Shown here: positions 7,467 to 14,735 of the stretch, piece after piece
How the letters are laid out: every line of letters begins with the position of its first letter
Position numbering within the stretch: the first letter of the stretch is position 1
Source: Anaeroplasma sp.
GTDB lineage: Bacteria; Bacillota_I; Bacilli_A; Acholeplasmatales; Anaeroplasmataceae
Assembly: GCA_051874325.1 (NCBI GenBank)
Contig: JBJEFS010000119.1
Span: forward strand, 865 to 32,864
Direction of reading: 5' to 3'
Length of the DNA stretch: 32,000 nucleotides
Position numbers and translations under genes: made by a program
The notes under the pieces: generated by a model
Told to the model about the DNA's origin: nothing
Seen by the model: the letters and a program-made list of their open reading frames with translations, nothing else
Databases searched by the model: none

Positions 7467-9227
7467 CTATATCATTTTTTCTATATCTTTAATTATTTGT
7501 TCTTTTGTTATTCCATTTTCTTTTAATAATTCATTTACATCATATCTATCATAAAATGATTTAGCAATTCCATAATTTTTGACTTTTACTGAACTTTCTC
7601 CATAAAATCTTGCAATTTTTTCTCCGAATCCACCTTCTAGCATTCCATCTTCTAAAGTTATAACAACATTATGGTCTAATTCTAATTTTTTTAGTAATTC
7701 TTTATCTAATCCAGTAATATATCTAGGATTTATTAAAGTAGCTTGTATATTTAATTTTTCATGCATCTCTTTTTGTATTTCTTCTCCTAATTGGTAGAAG
7801 TCTCCTAATGCTATAATTGCAACTTTATTTCCTTCCTTTTCTATTTTATATTTGTTTAAATCATTATAATCTGTATCAACTTTTCTTCCATCTGATATTA
7901 CACCATTACATGGAATTCTAATTGCTACTGGATGTTCATTTTGTTCTATGCTCCACTCTAACATTGCAAAATATTCTTCTTTTGATGTTGGTGCTAAATA
8001 GACCATATTAGGTATATTTGATATTAAGGCAATATCATAGATTCCTAAATGAGTAACATCATTCATTCCATATACTGAAGCTGTATTTATTAAAATTGTA
8101 GCAGAATTATTGTTTATAGATAAATCTTGTGATAATTGATCATAGGTTCTTTGCATAAAGCTAGAATGTGTAGCAAAAATAGGTTTTCCACCATTTTTTG
8201 CAATTCCAGAAGCCATTGCTATACCATGTTCTTCTGCTATTCCAACATCTACAAATTGTTCTCCAGCAAGTTCTCTTTTTTCTTTTGTAAATCCTATATT
8301 GGTTGGTACACCTGCAACTATTGCAACTACCTTTTCATCTTTTTTCATTTTTTCTAATAAATAATCTGCTGTTAATGTCCCATAATCTTCTCCATCAAAA
8401 TTAAATTTTGATTTTCCTGTTTCTATATCAAAAGGCATTGTCCAATGCCATGTTTCTTTGTTTTCTTCGGCTGGTTTATATCCTTTTCCTTTTTCTGTAT
8501 TGATATGAACTACAATTGGATGTTTTATATCTTTTACATTTTCAAATGCTTTTATAAGTTCTTCTATATTATTTCCTTCGTTTACATATATATAGTCTAA
8601 TCCCATTGCTTTAAATAAATTACATTCACAAGTTCCATTTGACTCTCTTAATTGTTTTAAGTTTTTGTATAATCCCCCATGATTTTCTGCAATAGACATA
8701 TCATTATCATTTACAACAATTATAAAATTACTTTTTTGCTCTCCTGCAAAATCAAGTCCCTCTAATGCTTCTCCTCCACTTAAAGAACCATCTCCTATAA
8801 CTGCTATTACATTATAGTTTTCTTTCTTTAAATCTCTTGCTTTTGCTAATCCTGATGCTAAACTTATGGATGTTGATGTATGTCCTATTTTAAAGAAATC
8901 ATGCTCACTTTCATCTGGGTCAGAATACCCTGTTACATCATCATATTTTTCTTCGTAAATAAACGCATCTTTTCTTCCTGTAAGGATTTTGTGTGGATAG
9001 CTTTGATGTGATACATCATATACTATTTTATCTACTGGTGAATTAAATACATAATGCATAGCTATTATTGCTTCTACCATACCGAAATTTGGTCCAAAAT
9101 GTCCTCCATGAATACTTAATTTTTTTAATAAGATTTCTCTTATTTCTTCAGCAAGTTTGTTTAATTCTTCACTTGATAAATTTTTTAAATCCTTTGGCTC
9201 ATTTATTTTATTTAATATACTTAACAT
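7467..9227 (-). CDS. 1-deoxy-D-xylulose-5-phosphate synthase-like thiamine-diphosphate enzyme (divergent DXS/transketolase paralog)
   Basis: 586 aa. DXS-like N-terminus (PKDLKNLSSEELNKLAEEIREILLKKLSIHGGHFGPNFGMVE...SHQSYPHKILTGR), a GDGSLSGGEALEGL ThDP motif, and pyrimidine-binding and C-terminal domains. Confidence 0.7.
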   Translation of the reverse strand: MLSILNKINEPKDLKNLSSEELNKLAEEIREILLKKLSIHGGHFGPNFGMVEAIIAMHYVFNSPVDKIVYDVSHQSYPHKILTGRKDAFIYEEKYDDVTGYSDPDESEHDFFKIGHTSTSISLASGLAKARDLKKENYNVIAVIGDGSLSGGEALEGLDFAGEQKSNFIIVVNDNDMSIAENHGGLYKNLKQLRESNGTCECNLFKAMGLDYIYVNEGNNIEELIKAFENVKDIKHPIVVHINTEKGKGYKPAEENKETWHWTMPFDIETGKSKFNFDGEDYGTLTADYLLEKMKKDEKVVAIVAGVPTNIGFTKEKRELAGEQFVDVGIAEEHGIAMASGIAKNGGKPIFATHSSFMQRTYDQLSQDLSINNNSATILINTASVYGMNDVTHLGIYDIALISNIPNMVYLAPTSKEEYFAMLEWSIEQNEHPVAIRIPCNGVISDGRKVDTDYNDLNKYKIEKEGNKVAIIALGDFYQLGEEIQKEMHEKLNIQATLINPRYITGLDKELLKKLELDHNVVITLEDGMLEGGFGEKIARFYGESSVKVKNYGIAKSFYDRYDVNELLKENGITKEQIIKDIEKMI

Positions 9228-9260
9228 TTTTTATCCTCCTATAATAAAATTTTCTATTAT

Positions 9261-9291
9261 TATATATCACTTAGAGTTAACTCGAAGTCAA
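9261..9291 (-). promoter_or_regulatory. MerR-type promoter/operator of the DXS-like/merR operon
   Basis: Minus strand reads TTGACT-N19-TATATA. The 19-nt spacer carries the dyad ACTTCGAGTT/AACTCTAAGT (9269-9288, 18/20 symmetric). Confidence 0.65.
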
Positions 9292-9311
9292 GAGTTTTTA
9301 TGAAATTTTTT

Positions 9312-9355
9312 AAAAAAGTTAGATTAGTTATTATCTTAACTTATCTAACTTTTTT
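9312..9355. terminator. bidirectional hairpin terminator after the NAD(P)-binding gene
   Basis: aaaaaagttagat (9312-9324) pairs with atctaactttttt (9343-9355). A/T runs lie on both sides. Confidence 0.6.
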
Positions 9356-9361
9356 GTATTA

Positions 9362-9967
9362 CTATTGTTTTATATTTTTAGTTATACTTATATTTTCATA
9401 AGAATATAAATCTTCATTATTCATTATTTCAAGAGCGATTTTTATAACAGATGGAATAGTAGTAATATATCCTTTTGCGTTTTCATTTTTTCTTGTAATA
9501 ACATAATCATCTTCTTTCCCATCTCTTAAATATCCAGGTCTAAAAATAGTATATTTAATTTTACTATTTTCAAGTATATCTGCTGCCTTACGATTAGGTA
9601 CTTGATCTGGGTTATTATCTACATTATCCTCATCGTCCATATCTTTTGGAATTTCATTATATATTCCTACTGCTCCCATAAATAATAATCTTTTTATCTT
9701 ATCTTCACATTGAACAAGATTTTCAGCAACTATTGGAAGGTCATCTCCAGATATAGTACAATAAACAATATCTTGATTATCTAATACTTGTTCTAATTCT
9801 TTCTTTTTCGTTGCGTCTATATTAAACACTTTAATTCTATCATTATCCTTATAAATTTCTTTTGCATTTCTTGAAACTAATGTTAATTTATATTCAGTAT
9901 CTCTTAACAATTTGTTTGTAAGTTCTTTTCCAAATGTTCCAGTTGCACCCAAAATTAATACATTCAT
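9362..9967 (-). CDS. NAD(P)H-binding (NmrA/SDR-like) oxidoreductase
   Basis: MNVLILGATGTFGKEL is a Rossmann GxxGxxG motif. 201 aa. Confidence 0.8.
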   Translation of the reverse strand: MNVLILGATGTFGKELTNKLLRDTEYKLTLVSRNAKEIYKDNDRIKVFNIDATKKKELEQVLDNQDIVYCTISGDDLPIVAENLVQCEDKIKRLLFMGAVGIYNEIPKDMDDEDNVDNNPDQVPNRKAADILENSKIKYTIFRPGYLRDGKEDDYVITRKNENAKGYITTIPSVIKIALEIMNNEDLYSYENISITKNIKQ

Positions 9968-10065
9968 ATGTTTCTCCTTTTTTTATAATTTAGTAACTTT
10001 TAATTTTTTGCTTTTTTTACTTTTATATTATTTTTAGCATAACCTATTGTTGCCATTTTTCCTCC

Positions 10066-10905
10066 TTACCAGTTAAAAGACATTTCAACTAAATTTGGAT
10101 TTTCTGAGCTTCCAACTACTGGTGTCTTTTTGTCTAAACTTTCCATTGCTTTAATTTCATCAGTTGTTAAGCTAAAATCAAAAATATCAATATTTTCTTT
10201 CATTTTTTCAATATCAGCAGTTTTTGGAATAACTACAATTTTCTTTTGAGTAAAATATCTTAATACTATTTGTCTTGTTGTCTTATTATATTTTTTAGAA
10301 ATATCTACTAATATCTTATCTTCATATACTTCATTTATTTTTCCTTGTCCAAATGGTGCATACCCCATATGTGCAATGTCATATTTGTTTAACCATTTAT
10401 TATTTTCAAATTGTTGATTTAAAATGTTCGTTTCAATTTGATTTATGCAAGGTTTTATTTCACTATAATGTGCTAAATCTATAAATCTATCTGCCTCAAA
10501 GTTAGATACTCCTATTGCTTTTATTATATCTTTTTTGTAGTATTCTTCTAAAACTCTATATGCTTCATAATAATTTGCAAATGGCCAGTGCAATAGCACA
10601 AGATCAATATAATCTGTTTGCAAATTTTTAAGTGATTTTTCAATAGTAGTTATTGCTTGTTCTTTCTCATAATTTTTGTAGTTCAATTTTGTAACAATAT
10701 AAAATTCTTCTCTTGAAATTCCAGAATTTTTAATTGCATTTCCAACCTCTTTTTCATTTCCATAAGCCTCTGCTGTATCTATAAGCCTGTATCCACATTT
10801 TATTGCATTTAAAACTGCATTTTCGCAATCTTCTCCATTTAACAAAAATGTTCCAAATCCTAACAATGGCATTTCTTTGCCTTGATTTAACTTTAAATAT
10901 TCCAT
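10066..10905 (-). CDS. aldo/keto reductase
   Basis: LGFGTF...GYRLIDTAEAYGNE...LHWP...IGVSNF are classic AKR motifs. Confidence 0.9.
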   Translation of the reverse strand: MEYLKLNQGKEMPLLGFGTFLLNGEDCENAVLNAIKCGYRLIDTAEAYGNEKEVGNAIKNSGISREEFYIVTKLNYKNYEKEQAITTIEKSLKNLQTDYIDLVLLHWPFANYYEAYRVLEEYYKKDIIKAIGVSNFEADRFIDLAHYSEIKPCINQIETNILNQQFENNKWLNKYDIAHMGYAPFGQGKINEVYEDKILVDISKKYNKTTRQIVLRYFTQKKIVVIPKTADIEKMKENIDIFDFSLTTDEIKAMESLDKKTPVVGSSENPNLVEMSFNW

Positions 10906-10947
10906 AATTTCACCCTTTCTTTTTAGCTTTTTTTATGCTATAATGAT

Positions 10948-10978
10948 ATTATATTTTGTTCGAGTTACTCGAAGTCAA
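10948..10978 (-). promoter_or_regulatory. MerR-type promoter/operator of the aldo-keto reductase operon
   Basis: Minus strand reads TTGACT-N19-TATAAT. The spacer contains the perfect dyad TTCGAGT-A-ACTCGAA (10959-10973). Confidence 0.7.
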
Positions 10979-11005
10979 TAGTTTTATAGAAAAGAGTTGA
11001 AAAAA

Positions 11006-11413
11006 ATGAAAAAAGATTTTTATACTATTAAAGATATAACAGAAATGTTCGGCTTAACAGAACATACTGTTAGGTATTATTGTGATATGGGCTTACTTCC
11101 AGTTCAAAGAGATAAAAATAATCGTAGAATATTTAATCAAGAATCTTTAAATTGGTTTGAAGGTATAAAATGTTTAAGAGGTTGTGGCATGTCTATTGAA
11201 GCAATTAAAAAATATTCTGATTTATGCTTAAATGGTAATTCTAATTTAGAACAAAGGTATGAAATTATAAAAGAGCAATTACCTAATGTTCAAAAGCAAT
11301 ATGATGAGGCTAAACAAAGATTAGATTATATAAAACATAAAATCAAAGATTATGAAGATATGCTTTCTGGAAAGATTCCTGATAAATCTAATCCTTCTGA
11401 ATGGAAAAAGTAG
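11006..11413 (+). CDS. MerR family transcriptional regulator
   Basis: YTIKDITEMFGLTEHTVRYYCDMGLLP. The ATG at 11006 has better RBS spacing than the TTG at 10997. Divergent from the AKR operon. Confidence 0.85.
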   Translation: MKKDFYTIKDITEMFGLTEHTVRYYCDMGLLPVQRDKNNRRIFNQESLNWFEGIKCLRGCGMSIEAIKKYSDLCLNGNSNLEQRYEIIKEQLPNVQKQYDEAKQRLDYIKHKIKDYEDMLSGKIPDKSNPSEWKK

Positions 11414-11435
11414 TACAAAAATGTACTACTTTTCT
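11405..11435 (+). terminator. rho-independent terminator
   Basis: gtagtaca (11410-11417), aaaa loop, tgtactac (11422-11429), then TTTTCT. Confidence 0.7.
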
Positions 11436-11607
11436 AGGCTGTTAACAAAAATATTTTTTTGATACTTTGTCGTCAGTCTGAAGGAAATAGTAGTTAAACT
11501 ATTCCCTTAATTTATTATAAGAGCAAATTTTTATATAAATTACTATTCTTCTGTAACTATAATATCATAAAGGTGAATAGTTTTCAAATGTTATTCGACT
11601 TTATAAT

Positions 11608-12117
11608 TTATTCAAATAATATTCTTTTTATTTTCTCCAAAATACTACCATTTTTCTCTTCTATTAGCTTTTGCTGCAATAATTCTTGTTTTTCTTTCAA
11701 TATAGTTCTTTTAGCACAAATAATTTTATATGCAAGTTCTGCTCCATTTATTTTAGGATATTTATACAAACAATCTGAAATATTTTTATATCTATAACAT
11801 AAACCTGGATCTGGAGTAAATGATACGACTATAAATTTTGGGCTTTCTTTCTTCTCACTATAATTTTTTATTATATCAAGTCCTGTAAATTGATGATTTC
11901 TCATTAAATCAGTAATTACAACATCAGGCTTTAACTCCTCTATCATTCTAATCTCTTCATCATCATTATTGGCAATTCCAAGTATTTTTATTTGGTTGTA
12001 CTCGCTTAAAATTTTTTTGATTTCTTCACATGTTTTTATTTCATCATCTGCAATTATAATATTTATTTCATTTATCTTTACATCATTATCAGTTTGTTTT
12101 TCTATCTCCTCTTTCAT
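11608..12117 (-). CDS. receiver-domain-only (CheY-like) response regulator with a C-terminal helical tail
   Basis: IIIADDE acidic pair, PDVVITDL phospho-acceptor context, FIVVSF, then a K-x-P region. No output domain. AGGAG RBS 7 nt upstream. Confidence 0.6.
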   Translation of the reverse strand: MKEEIEKQTDNDVKINEINIIIADDEIKTCEEIKKILSEYNQIKILGIANNDDEEIRMIEELKPDVVITDLMRNHQFTGLDIIKNYSEKKESPKFIVVSFTPDPGLCYRYKNISDCLYKYPKINGAELAYKIICAKRTILKEKQELLQQKLIEEKNGSILEKIKRILFE

Positions 12118-12220
12118 ATTTTTGCTCCTTTCGTTTATTGCTAATTGGTACGCAACACTTAATTTAAAAAAATATTATATTATTATTAAAAATTATATTT
12201 ACAGGAGGAGTAATAATATA

Positions 12221-12478
12221 ATGAAAACTAAGGACTTTAACGGCTATCAAAACATTGTCGGCAAAAATATTAAAAAATATAGAGAACTTAAAGGTCTATC
12301 TCAAAGAGAACTTGTAAACAAAGTTGCTCTTTTAGGTGTTACACTTTATAATTCTGATATTTCAAGAATTGAAAACAATACATTATTTATTCGTGATTAT
12401 GAAGAATACGCAATATGTAAAGTTTTAGGGATTTCTATTGCCCAATTACACGAAGATAGCGATAAATTTTTTAAATAA
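12221..12478 (+). CDS. XRE-family helix-turn-helix regulator
   Basis: ATG at 12221 is preceded by AGGAGG (12203-12208). IVGKNIKKYRELKGLSQRELVNKVAL...SRIENN is the HTH_3 pattern. The 11969 start in the ORF track is a spurious extension. Confidence 0.85.
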   Translation: MKTKDFNGYQNIVGKNIKKYRELKGLSQRELVNKVALLGVTLYNSDISRIENNTLFIRDYEEYAICKVLGISIAQLHEDSDKFFK

Positions 12479-12516
12479 AACAAATTTCTATTACTATGTA
12501 GTAGTAATTTGTTTTT
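12477..12516. terminator. bidirectional terminator between the convergent XRE and AbrB-like genes
   Basis: aaaacaaatt (12477-12486) pairs with aatttgtttt (12506-12515), with further inner pairing and T-runs on both strands. Confidence 0.55.
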
Positions 12517-12931
12517 ATTTAATTTTTATTAAAATAATCATATTATCTTTTATGCATATTTTCATTTTATCATTTTCCATTATATTTAATTCTTTCCTTA
12601 ATTCTATTGGAATAATTACTCTCCCTAATTCATCAATAGTCCTTAAAGAATGATCTTTATTATAACTTTTATCAATATTAGTCTTAATTCTCTTAACTTT
12701 AATATCAAGTTCTATTTCATTATTAATAATAGCTTTTACTTTTTCAATTATATCTTTGCGTATATCTACCTTAATTTTTTTTAATATAATATTATTTCCA
12801 CTTCTATATATTTCTAATTTATCTCCAGCATTAATTTTTAATTCTTTTCTTTTGACTAATGGTATTACAATTTGACCTAATTCACTAATTGTTCTAATTT
12901 CATTTTTTCTTCGTACTTTTAAATTCTCCAT
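12515..12931 (-). CDS. protein with two tandem AbrB/SpoVT-type swapped-hairpin DNA-binding domains
   Basis: RTISELGQIVIPLVKRKELKINAGDKLEIYRSGNNIILKK and RTIDELGRVIIPIELRKELNIMENDKMKICIKDNMIILIK both match the AbrB N-domain (VDELGRVVIPIELRRTLGI...). Confidence 0.85.
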   Translation of the reverse strand: MENLKVRRKNEIRTISELGQIVIPLVKRKELKINAGDKLEIYRSGNNIILKKIKVDIRKDIIEKVKAIINNEIELDIKVKRIKTNIDKSYNKDHSLRTIDELGRVIIPIELRKELNIMENDKMKICIKDNMIILIKIK

Positions 12932-13201
12932 AACATTTTCCTTTCTTTTATTAAATTTCTATTTAATGTTGAAAAACTATTATGGCTTTTAATTTTATTT
13001 ATTACTATATTTAAACAACTTCTATTATCTTAATAAGCCATTTTTAATATATAATCCTCCCTTCCATTTTGAATGTCATACTTTTATTTTCATTTAGCTA
13101 TTAATTGTATTGAAATCTATTATTAGTACATATAAAGTTCGTATATTTCCTAATTAATTGCTGTTTCTCCTTTTTTCTACTAAATATGATTAATTTTTTA
13201 T

Positions 13202-13230
13202 ATTATACTTACTTTCTCTTTTATAGTCAA
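13202..13230 (-). promoter_or_regulatory. consensus sigma-A promoter reading toward the AbrB-like gene (long leader)
   Basis: Minus strand reads TTGACT (13225-13230), N17, TATAAT (13202-13207). This lies about 270 nt upstream of the start at 12931. Confidence 0.55.
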
Positions 13231-13255
13231 CCCTTTCAGTAGTCAAAACAACTCT
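13231..13255 (+). repeat. inverted-repeat arm A (ccctTTCAGTAGTCAAAAcaactct)
   Basis: Matches the reverse complement of 13734-13758 at 20 of 25 positions, with a perfect 14-nt core (13235-13248). Confidence 0.7.
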
Positions 13256-13347
13256 TTTACAGTTATATCAAGTTTAAAAAATTTTTCGACTTTTTTCTAC
13301 AATTTTAGCAAAAAAAGAAACTAGAATTTCTCTAGTTTCCATTATTT

Positions 13348-13683
13348 CTAACTATTTAAAGCATTATATATTGCTATATTTGTTAGTTTATATATTGATA
13401 ATCCGTATTTATTTTTCAGTTCTTCCAACTTGTTATATAAGGTTTCTCTTATTGCAAAGTTATGTGCCTCAACTATTTCATTGTCAGATCTTTCATATAG
13501 TTTTACATTTTCAGTATTTATCATTTCTATAATTGCTGCATTAACTAATTTGTTTATTGATGCATCATAAATTTCTGCTAGTTCTGTAAGTTTTTCATAT
13601 AATGAGTTATCTATTTCAATTCTTCTTTTTAAAAGATTATCTTTTTTTAGAAAGTATTTATCAAAAGTATTCAATTTAACCAC
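13348..13683 (-). CDS. protein with two tandem ribbon-helix-helix (CopG/Arc-like) modules
   Basis: RRIEIDNSLYEKLTELAEIYDASINKLVNAAIIEMI and HNFAIRETLYNKLEELKNKYGLSIYKLTNIAIYNAL each show a strand-helix-helix pattern. The start is uncertain: GTG at 13683, or TTG at 13674 behind a GAGGTG RBS. Confidence 0.65.
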   Translation of the reverse strand: MVKLNTFDKYFLKKDNLLKRRIEIDNSLYEKLTELAEIYDASINKLVNAAIIEMINTENVKLYERSDNEIVEAHNFAIRETLYNKLEELKNKYGLSIYKLTNIAIYNALNS

Positions 13684-13733
13684 CTCGCAATACTATTATA
13701 ATGTCCTTTTTTCTGTATTTTAATTCCTGCGTG

Positions 13734-13758
13734 GTAGTTATTTTGACTACTGAATGGT
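13734..13758 (-). repeat. inverted-repeat arm B
   Basis: Plus strand reads gtagttaTTTTGACTACTGAAtggt, the reverse complement of arm A. It lies between the alpha-CTD-like gene and the RHH gene promoter region. Confidence 0.7.
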
Positions 13759-13769
13759 ATATTTAAAAA

Positions 13770-13976
13770 TTAGTTTTTTAACCCAAGTCCTAATAGTTGT
13801 AATTCTGTTTCAATCTTCTTTATATCAAATTGTACAATTTCTAATTTTCTTAAATCACTTTTATTTTTTTTGCATAATAGTCCAATAGTTTTTATATTAT
13901 TATCTTTTAAAGTTTTTATTGTATTATCACTTATATCTAATCTATCAATACTTTGGTTATTTAATTTATCATCCAT
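13770..13976 (-). CDS. stand-alone RNA polymerase alpha-subunit C-terminal-domain (alpha-CTD, HhH)-like protein
   Basis: SIDRLDISDNTIKTLKDNNIKTIGLLCKKNKSDLRKLEIVQFDIKKIETELQLLGLGLK aligns by eye with E. coli RpoA [60 protein letters not shown]. Confidence 0.7.
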   Translation of the reverse strand: MDDKLNNQSIDRLDISDNTIKTLKDNNIKTIGLLCKKNKSDLRKLEIVQFDIKKIETELQLLGLGLKN

Positions 13977-13991
13977 TTTTTACATCCTTTT

Positions 13992-14258
13992 TTAATCCTT
14001 TATCGCTATCATTAGTTCATTTGATTCTACTTTTCTTTTTGCATTTTGATATTCAAATTCAGCATTTGTAAAGTAAACTCTATATCCTTTGTTTTCAAAA
14101 TAATCTCTACTTACCCTCAATACTTCATCTATTTCTTTTTCCGTTAATCCACTTTTCACTTTTAGTTCAAAATAGGAATATCTAATATAATTTTCATTTT
14201 CATTTTCTTTTTGATTTATAAAATTTATTGTAAAAATTTTTAGTTCTTTGTCTGTCAT
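13992..14258 (-). CDS. hypothetical protein
   Basis: The ATG at 14258 (MTDKELK...) has a GGGAG RBS 8 nt upstream. The GTG at 14279 in the track is less likely. No recognisable domain. Confidence 0.5.
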   Translation of the reverse strand: MTDKELKIFTINFINQKENENENYIRYSYFELKVKSGLTEKEIDEVLRVSRDYFENKGYRVYFTNAEFEYQNAKRKVESNELMIAIKD

Positions 14259-14286
14259 TATATTCACTCCCAATCTCACGACAGTT

Positions 14287-14316
14287 ATTATATCATATTT
14301 TTATTTTTTTGTCTAA
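14287..14316 (-). promoter_or_regulatory. candidate promoter for the 13992-14258 / alpha-CTD gene pair
   Basis: Minus strand reads TTAGAC-N18-TATAAT. Confidence 0.4.
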
Positions 14317-14327
14317 AAAATAATTTT

Positions 14328-14726
14328 TTAATGTAAAATTTCTATAATTTCTTTTATAGGTATTTCTGTTTTATCATCTAATACAAGTAATTGATTATAT
14401 TCATCTATCTTTTTTAAGTTACCGACTTTAGTTAGATATTCTCCTCCAGATTTTCTTATATCTGGCACAAAATATGTAACTATAACTTTAGGTTTATTTG
14501 AAATATTATTTTGTATTTTTTTTAATTTATTATCTAATTTTATTTTTTCCTCATCATCAAGTTCAATTCTATCTTCAGTTATTCTTGCTGTTTCTTTTAT
14601 GGCATCTCCATATCCTGTAAGTGCGGCAAAAGGTGCAAATTGAGCAGCTCTTTGTTCCATACTTAATCTTTGATGCTTCGTTGATACATGATGAGGTAAA
14701 TTTATAATATCATCATATTTTTCCAT
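14328..14726 (-). CDS. YolD-like protein (Y-family polymerase accessory)
   Basis: LSMEQRAAQFAPFAALTGY is the YolD-like signature. Lies immediately downstream of the Y-family polymerase gene. Confidence 0.8.
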   Translation of the reverse strand: MEKYDDIINLPHHVSTKHQRLSMEQRAAQFAPFAALTGYGDAIKETARITEDRIELDDEEKIKLDNKLKKIQNNISNKPKVIVTYFVPDIRKSGGEYLTKVGNLKKIDEYNQLLVLDDKTEIPIKEIIEILH

Positions 14727-14735
14727 ACTTCTCTC

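Noticed and set aside
10000-10056. 18-codon minus-strand sORF (MATIGYAKNNIKVKKAKN) behind an AGGAGG that overlaps the AKR stop codon.
   Set aside because: It is too short and lysine/asparagine-rich to distinguish from chance in AT-rich DNA, and conservation cannot be checked here. It could be revisited with ribosome profiling.
11969-12220. Long N-terminal extension of the XRE ORF (track start 11969).
   Set aside because: The extension is antisense to the response-regulator gene and hydrophobic low-complexity. A strong AGGAGG RBS precedes the internal ATG at 12221, which gives a normal-sized HTH protein.
13256-13733. The RHH gene as an invertible (inverton-like) segment bounded by the 25-bp inverted repeat.
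   Set aside because: No invertase or recombinase gene is nearby and the arms are imperfect (20/25). Each arm sits where an operator would be expected, so operator sites are the simpler explanation. This is left as a check (long reads) under the repeat finding.
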